Shown here piece by piece: positions 31,744-43,953 of a stretch of DNA of 64,000 bases. Source of the stretch: an uncultured Planctomycetota bacterium. Its GTDB lineage: Bacteria; Planctomycetota; Planctomycetia; Isosphaerales; Isosphaeraceae. The notes below the pieces were generated by a model. That model was not told the origin of the DNA. It saw only the letters and a program-made list of their open reading frames with translations, and ran no database searches. The stretch is from assembly GCA_963737655.1 (NCBI GenBank), contig CAVTTN010000002.1, forward strand, positions 3,520,001-3,584,000, written 5' to 3'. Both the position numbers and the translations under genes were made by a program. How positions within the stretch are numbered: the first letter of the stretch is position 1; each line of letters opens with the position of its first letter.

Positions 31744-32220
31744 TTACGGGATCTCCACTTCCGCCGGGGCCAGGACCGACGATTCGTCGCGGGCCCCGGG
31801 CATCACGGGCAGATGGACCGCCTTGACCTTCCATCCGTGGTGCTTCAGCACGCCCTTGAACGGAGGCGATCCCGCGACGTTGCCCGAAAGCCGGATCGCC
31901 GCCGGGTCGAAGTCGGCCGGCACGTTCACCGAGGATTCCTCGGGCTGGTTCAGGACGGGTTCGACCGTCAGGTATTCGCGGAGGGCCTTGCGGCAACCCC
32001 GGTGAATGTCTCGCACGGCGGCGCCGACCTGGGCGTCGGAATAACCGTCAATGTCTTCCTGGAGGAAGTCCACCAGCCGGCCGTCCCGTTGCAAGACGGC
32101 CAGGACGCGGAGGTCCGGGCCGGTCGGCGCCTTCGAATACAGGGGCTCGACCCTCTGGGCGAACGAGGGGTCGGTCAGGATCGACCAGAAGGCCCGGAAG
32201 GCCAGGACGAGGCGATTCAC
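31744..32220 (-). CDS. DUF2760 domain protein
   Basis: LQRDGRLVDFLQEDI..YSDAQVGAAVR and GVLKHHGW. Sits in its usual Hsp70-linked context. Confidence 0.85.
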   Translation of the reverse strand: MNRLVLAFRAFWSILTDPSFAQRVEPLYSKAPTGPDLRVLAVLQRDGRLVDFLQEDIDGYSDAQVGAAVRDIHRGCRKALREYLTVEPVLNQPEESSVNVPADFDPAAIRLSGNVAGSPPFKGVLKHHGWKVKAVHLPVMPGARDESSVLAPAEVEIP

Positions 32221-32442
32221 CGGCGGAACGCTCCGGGACAGGGGCTTCGGGAGGGCCGGCGCGGGGAATCGGCGCCCTCCTCACCTCAGTTTACCCCGTC
32301 CCGCGTCGAGAGGAAACGACGCGAACGCCCGATGGCCGGAAAAAGCCCTTGCCCGATCGTCGGCCCTCCGCCGACAATCTTGGGGGGAAGAAGGGCCCGG
32401 GTCGCGACGATCGCGACGGGCCGGGTCCGGAGGTCCGCCGCG

Positions 32443-33348
32443 ATGCACATTCTCGACATTTTCGACAATCACCCGACCACCTTCAGCTTCGAGTTCTTCC
32501 CGCCCAAGACGAATGCCGCGTGGGAGGAGCTGTTCGTCAATATCGCCCGGCTCCAGCCGCTGCAACCCTCGTTCGTCTCGGTGACTTACGGCGCCGGCGG
32601 CTCGACCCGCGAGAAGACCCACGAGCTGATCGTCCGCATCCAGAAGGAGACGGACCTCACGGCCGTGAGCCACCTGACGTGCGTCTGCCACACCGAGGAC
32701 GACCTCGCCGCGATCCTCGACCGCTACGCCGAGAGCGGCGTCGAGAACATCCTGGCGCTCGGGGGCGACCCGCCGCGCGACCTCGTCGATTACGACCGCT
32801 CGAAGGATGCGTTCTGCCACGCCGAGGGGCTGGTCCGCTTCCTCAAGTCCCGCCCGATCGCCTCCGAGCCGAGGGGGTTCGGCGTGGGGGTCGCGGGGTT
32901 CCCGGAAGGGCATCCCGGCACGCCCAATCGGCTGAACGAGATGGACTTCCTCAAGAGGAAGGTGGACGCTGGGGCCGACTACATCGTCACCCAGCTCTTC
33001 TTCGACAATCGCGACTTCTACGACTTCCGCGACCGCTGTGACCTCGCCGGGATCAAGGTGCCGATCCTCGCCGGGATCATGCCCATCAGCACCAAGTCGG
33101 GGATGACCCGGATGGCCGAGCTCGCCCTCGGGGCCAGGTTCCCGGCCCCCCTGCTCAAGGCCCTCGGCCGATGCTGCGACGATACGGCGGTCGGCCGGGT
33201 CGGCCTCCACTGGGCGACCGAGCAATGCCGCGACTTGCTCCATAACAACGTCCGCGGCATCCACTTCTACACCCTGAACAAGTCCGACGCGACCCGCCAG
33301 ATTTACGAAAACCTCGGCGTGGCCGACTCGGTGGCCCTCCGGGCGTAG
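32443..33348 (+). CDS. metF: 5,10-methylenetetrahydrofolate reductase
   Basis: SFEFFPPK, SVTYGAGGS, HLTC, GDPP, TQLFFDN, IHFYTLN. Confidence 0.96.
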   Translation: MHILDIFDNHPTTFSFEFFPPKTNAAWEELFVNIARLQPLQPSFVSVTYGAGGSTREKTHELIVRIQKETDLTAVSHLTCVCHTEDDLAAILDRYAESGVENILALGGDPPRDLVDYDRSKDAFCHAEGLVRFLKSRPIASEPRGFGVGVAGFPEGHPGTPNRLNEMDFLKRKVDAGADYIVTQLFFDNRDFYDFRDRCDLAGIKVPILAGIMPISTKSGMTRMAELALGARFPAPLLKALGRCCDDTAVGRVGLHWATEQCRDLLHNNVRGIHFYTLNKSDATRQIYENLGVADSVALRA

Positions 33349-33482
33349 GGTGCATGAATTGCACCACCCCGCGGCGGCCGGAAGGCCGCCCACCGCATCC
33401 CCCTTCGCCTGCGAATCAAACCCTTCAACAAGGAAGGCGGCCATCCGGCCGCCGAATGGTTGGTGCATGGCATGCACCCGAC
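33345..33482. repeat. REP family A composite inverted pair (~140 bp)
   Basis: GTAGGGTGCATGAATTGCACC ... GGTGCATGGCATGCACCCGAC, with internal GGCGGCC..GGCCGCC hairpins shared with 43801-43953. Confidence 0.85.
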
Positions 33483-34497
33483 AGCACTGAAGGCCGAAGC
33501 GCTCCGCCTGGGCTTCGACATGATCGGAGTGGCCCCGGCGGTGCGTTCCCCGGGTTTTTCTCGGTATGAGGCGTGGATCGAGGACGGCTTCGCCGCCGGG
33601 ATGGAGTATCTCCGCAAGCAGTCCGAGGCCCGGGCCCATCCCCAGAGCATCCTGGACGGCGTGCGGTCGGTAATCGTTTGCGGATTCGTTTATGGCGACA
33701 AATCTTCGGCCGTCGCAAGCCGCACCACCGGCAAGATCGCCCGATATGCCCGAGGGGCCGACTACCACGAAGTCCTCTGGAGACGTCTTGAGGCCCTGCT
33801 CGACTGGCTGAAGGGCAAAATCCCCGGCCTTCAAGGCCGAGCCGTGGCCGACACCGCCCCCTTGCTCGAACGCGACTTCGCCCGGCTCGCCGGCCTGGGG
33901 TGGTTCGGCAAGAACACGATGCTGATCGACCGCAAGCTCGGCAGCTTCACGGTCCTCGGCGCCCTGCTCGTGGATGCCGAGCTCGAATACGACGCCCCCC
34001 ACGAATCCAGCCATTGCGGGACCTGCACCCGCTGCCTCGACGCCTGCCCGACCTCCGCGTTCGCCGGCCCGTATCGGCTCGACGCCTCGAAATGCCTGAG
34101 CTACTGGACCATCGAGCATCGCGGGACGATCCCCGACGCCATCGCCGAGAACCTCGACGGCTGGGCCTTCGGCTGCGACATCTGCCAGGACGTCTGCCCC
34201 TGGAACCGCAAGGCCCCGCCCGGCCGGGAACCCGAATTGCAGCCGCGACCCGAATGGACCGACCCCGACCTGATCGCCTGGCTCGAAGCCGACCCTCTGG
34301 AATTCCGCCGAAAGATCAAGAAAACGGCCCTCTCTCGAGCCAAACGCTCGGGACTGCTCCGAAACGCGGCGCTGATCCTCGGCCAGAGGCGATGCCGCGA
34401 TGCGATCCCCGCCCTGACGGCCCTCCTCTCCGACGAAGATCCGGTCCTCCGAGATGCGGTGGCCTGGGCCCTGGCTCGGATGGAAGAGGGGGATTGA
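33472..34497 (+). CDS. queG: Epoxyqueuosine reductase
   Basis: ARYARGADYH, DTAPLLER, GLGWFGKN, CGTCTRCLDACPT, GCDICQDVCPWN; C-terminal HEAT repeat. Confidence 0.95.
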   Translation: MHPTALKAEALRLGFDMIGVAPAVRSPGFSRYEAWIEDGFAAGMEYLRKQSEARAHPQSILDGVRSVIVCGFVYGDKSSAVASRTTGKIARYARGADYHEVLWRRLEALLDWLKGKIPGLQGRAVADTAPLLERDFARLAGLGWFGKNTMLIDRKLGSFTVLGALLVDAELEYDAPHESSHCGTCTRCLDACPTSAFAGPYRLDASKCLSYWTIEHRGTIPDAIAENLDGWAFGCDICQDVCPWNRKAPPGREPELQPRPEWTDPDLIAWLEADPLEFRRKIKKTALSRAKRSGLLRNAALILGQRRCRDAIPALTALLSDEDPVLRDAVAWALARMEEGD

Positions 34498-34730
34498 ACC
34501 GCCAAGACGCCAGGAACGCCAAGGCAAACACGGAGGAGGAGGAGAGAGGAGAGGAGAGAAAGGGAGAGGATGAGGAGGGTCCTTGGTTGTCCGTCGTCAC
34601 TTCCGAAGTGATCGGGCGACGATCACGGACGGGGCCGGATTTCTTCCATTCGGTGATCGGTCTCGCTGGCCTCGGGAGGATCGACTCGGTTATCTTGAGC
34701 GGAGACGCGCCCAGCCTCCGCGAGGCCGCC

Positions 34731-35423
34731 ATGCCGCTGCTCGATCATTTCCATCCCCCGTTGAGCGAGAGGCGGCACTGGCACGCGTTCCATAACTCGT
34801 GGGCCACCTACCTTTCGTCCCGGCTCAACGCGCTTCTCCCGGAGGGATACTTCGCCGAGGCGAACGTCCAGTACGGGATCGAGATCGACGTGGCCGCGTT
34901 CGAGGAGCCCGGGGCGAGCTTGCCCGGGGGAGGGTGGGTCTCGCCGGCCCCTCAGTCGAGCGTTCCCCTGGAACTCCTGGGGGCGGTCGTTGAAGTCGGG
35001 ATTTTTGACCGCTCGGAGGGTCCGATCCTCGCCGGGGCCGTGGAGTTGATCAGCCCGGCGAACAAGGACCGCCCGTCCCATCGCGAGGCCCTGGTCTCGA
35101 AGTGCGCATCGTACCTCCAGGCGGGGGTCGGGCTGGTCCTGGTGGACGTGGTGACCGGGCGGTCCGGGGACGTCCACCGGGAGTTGCTCGGGAGGCTCGG
35201 AGTCGCCGACCCGGGACCGGGACCGTCCCTGTACGGGTCGGCCTATCGCCCGGTCGAACGGGACGGGGCCGCCGTCCTCGACCTCTGGCGAGAGCCGATC
35301 GCCGTCGGTCGCCCCCTGCCCACCTTGCCTCTGTGGCTCCGGGGCGGCCTCTGCCTGCCGGTCGAACTGGAAGACACCTACATGCGAACCTGCTTGGAGC
35401 AAAAGGTGCAACCGGCCGCGTAG
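34731..35423 (+). CDS. DUF4058 family protein (restriction-endonuclease-like fold)
   Basis: MPLLDHFHPP...WHAFHNSW, VELISPANK, LPTLPLWL, VELEDTY. Confidence 0.8.
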   Translation: MPLLDHFHPPLSERRHWHAFHNSWATYLSSRLNALLPEGYFAEANVQYGIEIDVAAFEEPGASLPGGGWVSPAPQSSVPLELLGAVVEVGIFDRSEGPILAGAVELISPANKDRPSHREALVSKCASYLQAGVGLVLVDVVTGRSGDVHRELLGRLGVADPGPGPSLYGSAYRPVERDGAAVLDLWREPIAVGRPLPTLPLWLRGGLCLPVELEDTYMRTCLEQKVQPAA

Positions 35424-35442
35424 GGCGGGGCCCGGCGACGCC

Positions 35443-38292
35443 TCACCCCTCCGCGGAAGGCAGAAGCCTCAGCCCCACCGGCAACGAGTCGCCCAGGGCC
35501 TGGCCCTGGCCCGTGGTGCCGAGATCGACGTATTCGCGGACCCCGCGGATTTGCTCATCGTCGGCCCCGAGCGTTTTCAGGCGCTCGACCACCCGGTTTC
35601 GGAGCGATTCGTCGAGGTCTCTCGCCCGGTCGCCCGAGACCCTCGCCATCTGGGCCAGGGCGAACGCGGCGTCGGCCGAGTCGCGGCCCGGGGCGAATTC
35701 GCGATCGACCAGGGCGGTGGTCCATCGCGAGGCGGCGTCCCGGTGGACGGCCACGTTCGCCGGGCCGAACAGGAGGACCCGCGCACCGAGCCTCCCGAGG
35801 CACCACAGCGCGTAATTCGGCGGGTTCGGCCGGGAAAGATCGCGGACCAGGGCGTCTCCCAGGGGTTCCTTCGACGTCGGCGGGATGCGTTCGAGGCTGG
35901 CGGCGCACCGCCACATCTCGGCCATCTCGTGAGGCTCGGGCTTCGGCCTCGTCGGCTTCTTGCCCCCGCTCGAACCGCCCTTCGGAGGGGTCAAGAACGG
36001 CTGGACGCGGCGGAAGACTTCCTCGTGATGGGCCCGGTTCAGCCCGGCGGCGACCCTCCGCCACAAGATCCAGAACTCGGCCCAGCACTGGGCGTCTTTC
36101 AGGTGCTTCACGCCCGAGTGGAACACCGGCCAGAGGGCCTTGACCCGCGATTCGTCGAGAGGGAAGCCGGTGCCGGGCCGGAGGCAGTAGCCCGCCAGGT
36201 TCAGCCATCGCGATTCGTGGCGGGGCGAGAGCAGGCGGGACTCGCTCGCCTCCTTCAACGGCTCCCAGAGCGCCCTCAAGGCCGACGGTGGCCACTGGTC
36301 CCGAGGGACGTCCAGGATTTCCTCGAGCTTCTTGACCAGCCGGCTCGGGCCGATCTCCTCGGCCGGCGCAGGCCGAGCGAACGCGGTCCGGATCGCCTCG
36401 ATCGCCGCATCCAGCTCCGATTGTTCGATGATCACGGCATCGGTTTCGCCGCCGGAGACCCGAGGGCCGGCCTCGACTCTTCCTCCGGGGCCTCGCAACT
36501 GGACCTGCAATCGCCAGCGGCGGTCGTCGGTCCGGGACTGGCACCAGAGCTCGACCGTGCCGACCTCCGTGACCTTCGCCGCCAGGCGGACCGGCACCCG
36601 CTCGGCCTTCGCCTTCCGCCCGACCCTCATCAGCCCCACGAGCGGAGGCAGGGGCAGGATCGAATCGGGGTCGCCCGCCACGAGGTCTCCCGGGCGGTCG
36701 TCGGCGCGGACCGAGGAGCTCGCCAGGGGGAACGCGACCGGCTGGCCCATCAAGAGGTCGAAGTCGTGACGCTCGATGGCGATCTCGTCCCCTTCCTGGG
36801 CGTCGCGAGGGACCACGCAAAGCCAGGGTTTTTCGACCGTTTCGGCCTCGAACCCGACGTAGACGGACCTCGCCGTCCCCCCGCCGATGCGGATGCCTCC
36901 GCCTCGCCGGACGACTCCGTAATAGGCCGCGCCGATTGCCACGGCGAGATCGAGCGAGACATTGGTGAGCACCCGAGGCGAATAATCGCCCCCCGGGAAC
37001 CACGAGGCGACGACGTCCACGATCCTCTGCCGGACGAGGCTCGGCGTGAGGGCCCCGCCGTTGAACAGGACGGCGTCGGGCCGGGCCGGCCGATCGTCCG
37101 GCGGTCGAGGCCCCTGCCCGATCGGCTCGGCTTTGTGCCGTTTCAGGAACGCGGCGAGGTGCCTGGGGATCGCCGGATCGGCCACGAACGGGAGGCCGAA
37201 TTCCTGGAGGCCGAGCCGTCCTCCCTTGGTCGGCACTTCGGTCGGGCCGGTCTTCGGGAAGAATCCCTCGACGACCACGGAGAGGCACTCCTCGCGGGTC
37301 AGCTCCGACTGGAGGCTCCCGCCGATCAACCGCGAGCCCCGGCCGGCGATCGTCACGGGCCAGCGAGAGGCCGGGCTGTCGTCGGCCAGGAGCTTTTCCT
37401 TCGCGGTCCGGCAGGCGAACCGGAGGGCGCTCCATTGCTCGGCATCGAGGCGGGCCCCGCCGAGCTTCGCCTCGACGTGGTGGGCCAGTGCCAGGTCGAT
37501 GTTGTCGCCGCCGAGCATCAGGTGGTCGCCCACGGCCACCCGGCGGAACCCGGGGCCGGTGGGGGTCTCGATCACCGTGATCAGGCTGAAATCCGTGGTC
37601 CCGCCGCCGATGTCGCAGACCAGGATCAACTCGCCGCCCCGGACCTGCTGCTGCCAGCCATCCTGATGGGTCACGATCCAGCAATAGAACGCGGCTTGAG
37701 GCTCTTCGAGGAGCGTCAAGTGGACGAACCCGGCCCGCTTCGCGGCCTCGACCGTCAACTCGCGGGCGGCCTCGTCGAACGACGCCGGGACGGTCAACAC
37801 GACCTCCTGCGCCTCAAGCTTGGCGGTTTCGTCCTCCGAAGCGAACCGGGCGTTCCAGGAGTCGCGGATATGCCGGAGGTACTCGGCCGACGCCTCGACC
37901 GGAGAGACCCGGCGAGCCTCGCCCGGGGCACCCCAGGGCAGGATGTCGGCCTCGCGATCGACGCCCGGATGGCAGAGCCAGCTCTTGGCGCTGCTCACCA
38001 GGTGGGCCGGGACTCGCGCCCCCTGGACCCGGGCGAACTCGCCGACGATCCGGTCGGAATCGTCCTTCCAGGGCAGGACCGCCGCGCCCGGGGGCAATTC
38101 GTGGGGTCCGGGCAGGTAGAGGAATGAAGGAAGCATCGCCCGAGGGGCGGTCTCGCCCGCCGCGACAAGCTGGGGGATCTCGAACGTCTTGATGTCGGCC
38201 GCCGGTCGCTCGCGGCCCTTCGTGTCCACGTAAGCGGCGGCGCAATTGGTCGTGCCGAGGTCGATCCCGACAATATAACGAGGGCGTGCCAT
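35443..38292 (-). CDS. Hsp70/DnaK-like protein with C-terminal DUF3731-type helical domain
   Basis: GIDLGTTN, DIGGGTTDF, LGGDNID; C-terminal WLNLAGYCLRPGTG, WRRVAAGL, LGRLGAR, SGDRARDL. Confidence 0.9.
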   Translation of the reverse strand: MARPRYIVGIDLGTTNCAAAYVDTKGRERPAADIKTFEIPQLVAAGETAPRAMLPSFLYLPGPHELPPGAAVLPWKDDSDRIVGEFARVQGARVPAHLVSSAKSWLCHPGVDREADILPWGAPGEARRVSPVEASAEYLRHIRDSWNARFASEDETAKLEAQEVVLTVPASFDEAARELTVEAAKRAGFVHLTLLEEPQAAFYCWIVTHQDGWQQQVRGGELILVCDIGGGTTDFSLITVIETPTGPGFRRVAVGDHLMLGGDNIDLALAHHVEAKLGGARLDAEQWSALRFACRTAKEKLLADDSPASRWPVTIAGRGSRLIGGSLQSELTREECLSVVVEGFFPKTGPTEVPTKGGRLGLQEFGLPFVADPAIPRHLAAFLKRHKAEPIGQGPRPPDDRPARPDAVLFNGGALTPSLVRQRIVDVVASWFPGGDYSPRVLTNVSLDLAVAIGAAYYGVVRRGGGIRIGGGTARSVYVGFEAETVEKPWLCVVPRDAQEGDEIAIERHDFDLLMGQPVAFPLASSSVRADDRPGDLVAGDPDSILPLPPLVGLMRVGRKAKAERVPVRLAAKVTEVGTVELWCQSRTDDRRWRLQVQLRGPGGRVEAGPRVSGGETDAVIIEQSELDAAIEAIRTAFARPAPAEEIGPSRLVKKLEEILDVPRDQWPPSALRALWEPLKEASESRLLSPRHESRWLNLAGYCLRPGTGFPLDESRVKALWPVFHSGVKHLKDAQCWAEFWILWRRVAAGLNRAHHEEVFRRVQPFLTPPKGGSSGGKKPTRPKPEPHEMAEMWRCAASLERIPPTSKEPLGDALVRDLSRPNPPNYALWCLGRLGARVLLFGPANVAVHRDAASRWTTALVDREFAPGRDSADAAFALAQMARVSGDRARDLDESLRNRVVERLKTLGADDEQIRGVREYVDLGTTGQGQALGDSLPVGLRLLPSAEG

Positions 38293-38401
38293 GCCGGTCC
38301 CGAGGTCTCGCGGACAAAAACGAAGGGCCGGAGCGGTCGCGGCCCGCCCTCTATTATAGACGAATCGGAGCGGGCCGCTCGCACCGACCTTCCGGGTCCA
38401 T

Positions 38402-38863
38402 TCACCACCGCTCGGGAAGCCGGGCGAGAAAGAGGCTGAGCCGGCGCCGGGCCTCGTCGAACCCGACGGCCGGCGACGGGTCGTCCCGTTCGTGGATCAA
38501 GGAATTTCGGTATTTGCGGACTTCGTGGACGAGGTCCCGAACGCTGGCCCCGACCTTCCGGCCCCCCCGAATGCCCTGCGCCCAGTCGATCAGGTCCGAG
38601 GCCCGGAGATTCTCCGCAGGATTGCCCACCACGTGCCGACGAGACGAGCGGAGGGCCGTCTCGAACTCCGCCCAGAGCCGGACGAGGTAGGTGGGTTCGA
38701 GCCGGGCGATCGCCGAGTCGTAGTCGCGGAGCGACGTTTCGGGCGGAGAGGCCACCTCGTTCGCTCGGACCGCGGCGCGGAGCCGTTCGATCGCGTCGGC
38801 GACCACGTGATATTCCCTCCTCGTCGCCTTCAGGCGGTCGAAGACCTCGAGGAGATCAGGCAT
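38402..38863 (-). CDS. HEPN-like domain protein
   Basis: 153 aa, helical-looking sequence, RLWAEFE upstream of RNSLIH (RxxxxH motif). Confidence 0.6.
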   Translation of the reverse strand: MPDLLEVFDRLKATRREYHVVADAIERLRAAVRANEVASPPETSLRDYDSAIARLEPTYLVRLWAEFETALRSSRRHVVGNPAENLRASDLIDWAQGIRGGRKVGASVRDLVHEVRKYRNSLIHERDDPSPAVGFDEARRRLSLFLARLPERW

Positions 38864-39284
38864 GGGCGGAAAGCGCGTCGAGGATGCGAAGCATAATGGG
38901 TTCGTTGAGAAGGAGCCGGTCGGTCGCCAGGTCGAGGCGAGGCGACGTCGGGTCGGGGGGATTCATCGGCCGAATCCACCACTCGCCCTCCTCGAAAATG
39001 AGGCGGACCACGTCGTCATAGGCCGGCATCAGGTAGAGATCGACCGCGCCGCCGGTCCCCGAGACCGGGCCCAGGACGGCCTCGACTTCGTCCCGTTCCA
39101 GGATCAGGAGAGGGACTTCGGAACGCCCCAGGTCCGGCTCGGTCATCCGCCTGGTCGTCCGACGAGTCCGCCATCCCGCCCCCTCGGCCCACCGCGAGAC
39201 GATCTCCATGAGGAGATCGAGGCGACGCAGCCGCTCTGTGGGCTCCTGATGGATGGACCCAATTCGCGGTTCCGCGATCGACAT
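38856..39284 (-). CDS. Hypothetical protein translationally coupled to the HEPN-like gene
   Basis: GGAGG RBS, GAVDLYLMPAYDD motif, 8-nt overlap with the downstream ATG. Confidence 0.65.
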   Translation of the reverse strand: MSIAEPRIGSIHQEPTERLRRLDLLMEIVSRWAEGAGWRTRRTTRRMTEPDLGRSEVPLLILERDEVEAVLGPVSGTGGAVDLYLMPAYDDVVRLIFEEGEWWIRPMNPPDPTSPRLDLATDRLLLNEPIMLRILDALSAHA

Positions 39285-39587
39285 CGGCCTTTCCTCCCGG
39301 CGGTTCGCGGATCACTCCCAGCATCATTGTACCGGGTCTTGAGGTTCGATCGAAGGGGAAGACGCGACCCGCGAACACTCCTCTCACTCAAGAACCCGCT
39401 TGTGGGACTTCTCCGCACCGCAGGACCAGGGAGACCCAATCCGATGCCCCGGATGCAGGGGTTCCCGCAGCCGACGGCCGGTTACGATCGGATGTGGCGG
39501 TTGACCCTCGGGTCGTACTCGACCCGCGCGACCCGAGGGCCTTTCGCGATACGAAAACCGAGGTTGCTCTGAAGGGGCTACCCATGT

Positions 39588-42410
<2,823 letters not shown>

Positions 42411-42844
42411 CGCGGAGACCCCATCCGAACGACGGAACAACGAACGGCCGCCCCTCTCCCTCGGGAGGAGCCGGCCCCGGTCGAGACGCTCTCAGGATAC
42501 CGCCCCCCTCCCTCCCGATGCCAGCGACGGCGACGAGGTTCGCGGCCGACCTCGCCCCGCGATTGGGGTTGACGAAATCGACCATGCCGATTGCAACGCC
42601 CGATCCCCTTTCTACAAACCGCCGATCGGCCCGGGTCGGGGAAATCTTGAAGGAATTTCGACGATTTCCGCCCGGTTTTCGGCCCTTCGGCCAATCGGCG
42701 TGTAGACTTGAGACGAACCCGGGAATCCGGGCGAAGTCGTGGTCGGTCGTCGCGGGAAGCCTTGGCATCCGTCTTGCGTTAAGCCGGTCTGCACCCCTCG
42801 ACGCGACCCCCGCGACCTCGAACCTCTTGAATCGGAGGAGACCC

Positions 42845-43789
42845 ATGCAACCGCTCCAGCGGACCTCGATCGCGGTGCGCCCCTGGCTGATCGTCCCGGC
42901 GCTGATCCTGGCGGTCGCCGCCGCCGGGTGTCACCACAAGAGGCAGTCGCTCCGGCCCGTGTATGTCGGCCCGGCCGTCCCGGTCGTGGCGCCGAGCTCC
43001 GACCCCTGCCCCGGAGGCGAGCCGTGCGCCGGGACGGCCCCCTCCCCGGCCTTCGGCCAACCGGGCGACCTCGGGTCGCCCCCCCCCTCGTCGGTCGCGC
43101 CCGGCCCGGTGCCGAGATCCGGGATGCCGGGCCCGGCCGAGCAGGAGCCCAGGCTCCTGCCGAACACCCCGGGCGCCTCGGGTGAAGGGGCCCCGGTCCC
43201 CAACGGCCCCCTGGGCCAGAGGGGATCGACCAACCGCCGCCCGGCCGTCGGCACCAGCCGGCGGCTCGACGGCCGAGACAAGGTCTCGGCGTTCCTCGAC
43301 GACCCCAACGAGCTGTTCCTCCCGCCCAAGGCCGATCGCCCCTGGAAATACATCGTCGTCCACCACAGCGATGCCCCGACCGGCTCCTATGCCCAGATCG
43401 ACCGCGACCACCGCGAACGGCTCGGCACCCAGGGATGCGGCTATCACCTCGTCGTCGGCAACGGGTCCGAGAGCCCCGACGGCCGGATCGAGGTCGCCCG
43501 CCGCTGGTCCGACCAGAAGCCCGGGGCCCACTGCCGCGATGCCACCGTGCCCGACGCCAACGATTACGGCATCGGCATCTGCCTGATCGGCGATTTCGAC
43601 CAGAAAGCCCCGTCCGACAAGCAAATCCTCGCCACGAAGGCGCTGATCGACTACCTCCGAGACCGCTACAACATCCCCGCCGACCACGTCGTGACCCACG
43701 CCTCCATCGCCCCGACCGCCACCCGATGCCCCGGAAAGTTCTTCCCCGCCGAGATCCTGGTCGATTCCCGAGGATTCGCCTCTCGATAA
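42845..43789 (+). CDS. N-acetylmuramoyl-L-alanine amidase (Amidase_2/PGRP type), putative lipoprotein
   Basis: Lipobox AAAGC, Pro-rich linker, WKYIVVHHS, GYH, IGICLIGDF, TH...TRCPG. Confidence 0.85.
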   Translation: MQPLQRTSIAVRPWLIVPALILAVAAAGCHHKRQSLRPVYVGPAVPVVAPSSDPCPGGEPCAGTAPSPAFGQPGDLGSPPPSSVAPGPVPRSGMPGPAEQEPRLLPNTPGASGEGAPVPNGPLGQRGSTNRRPAVGTSRRLDGRDKVSAFLDDPNELFLPPKADRPWKYIVVHHSDAPTGSYAQIDRDHRERLGTQGCGYHLVVGNGSESPDGRIEVARRWSDQKPGAHCRDATVPDANDYGIGICLIGDFDQKAPSDKQILATKALIDYLRDRYNIPADHVVTHASIAPTATRCPGKFFPAEILVDSRGFASR

Positions 43790-43800
43790 ACCTTTCGCTT

Positions 43801-43953
43801 CTGGGTGTATCGCATGCACGACTCCCTGGAATGCGGCGGCCGACGGGCCGCCTCCCTCATTTCTGGCCCTCCCGTTTGCTCGATCGTTCAAGTCATTCTG
43901 AAATGAAGGCGGCCGATGGCCGCCGCGTGTTTGGTGCATTGCATGCACCCTAC
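43801..43953. repeat. REP family A composite inverted pair (left arm degenerate)
   Basis: CTGGGTGTATCGCATGCACG ... GGTGCATTGCATGCACCCTAC; interior similar to 33345-33482. Confidence 0.75.

Noticed and set aside
32221..32442. SAM/SAH riboswitch upstream of metF
   Set aside because: No recognisable consensus by eye; an Rfam scan would be needed.
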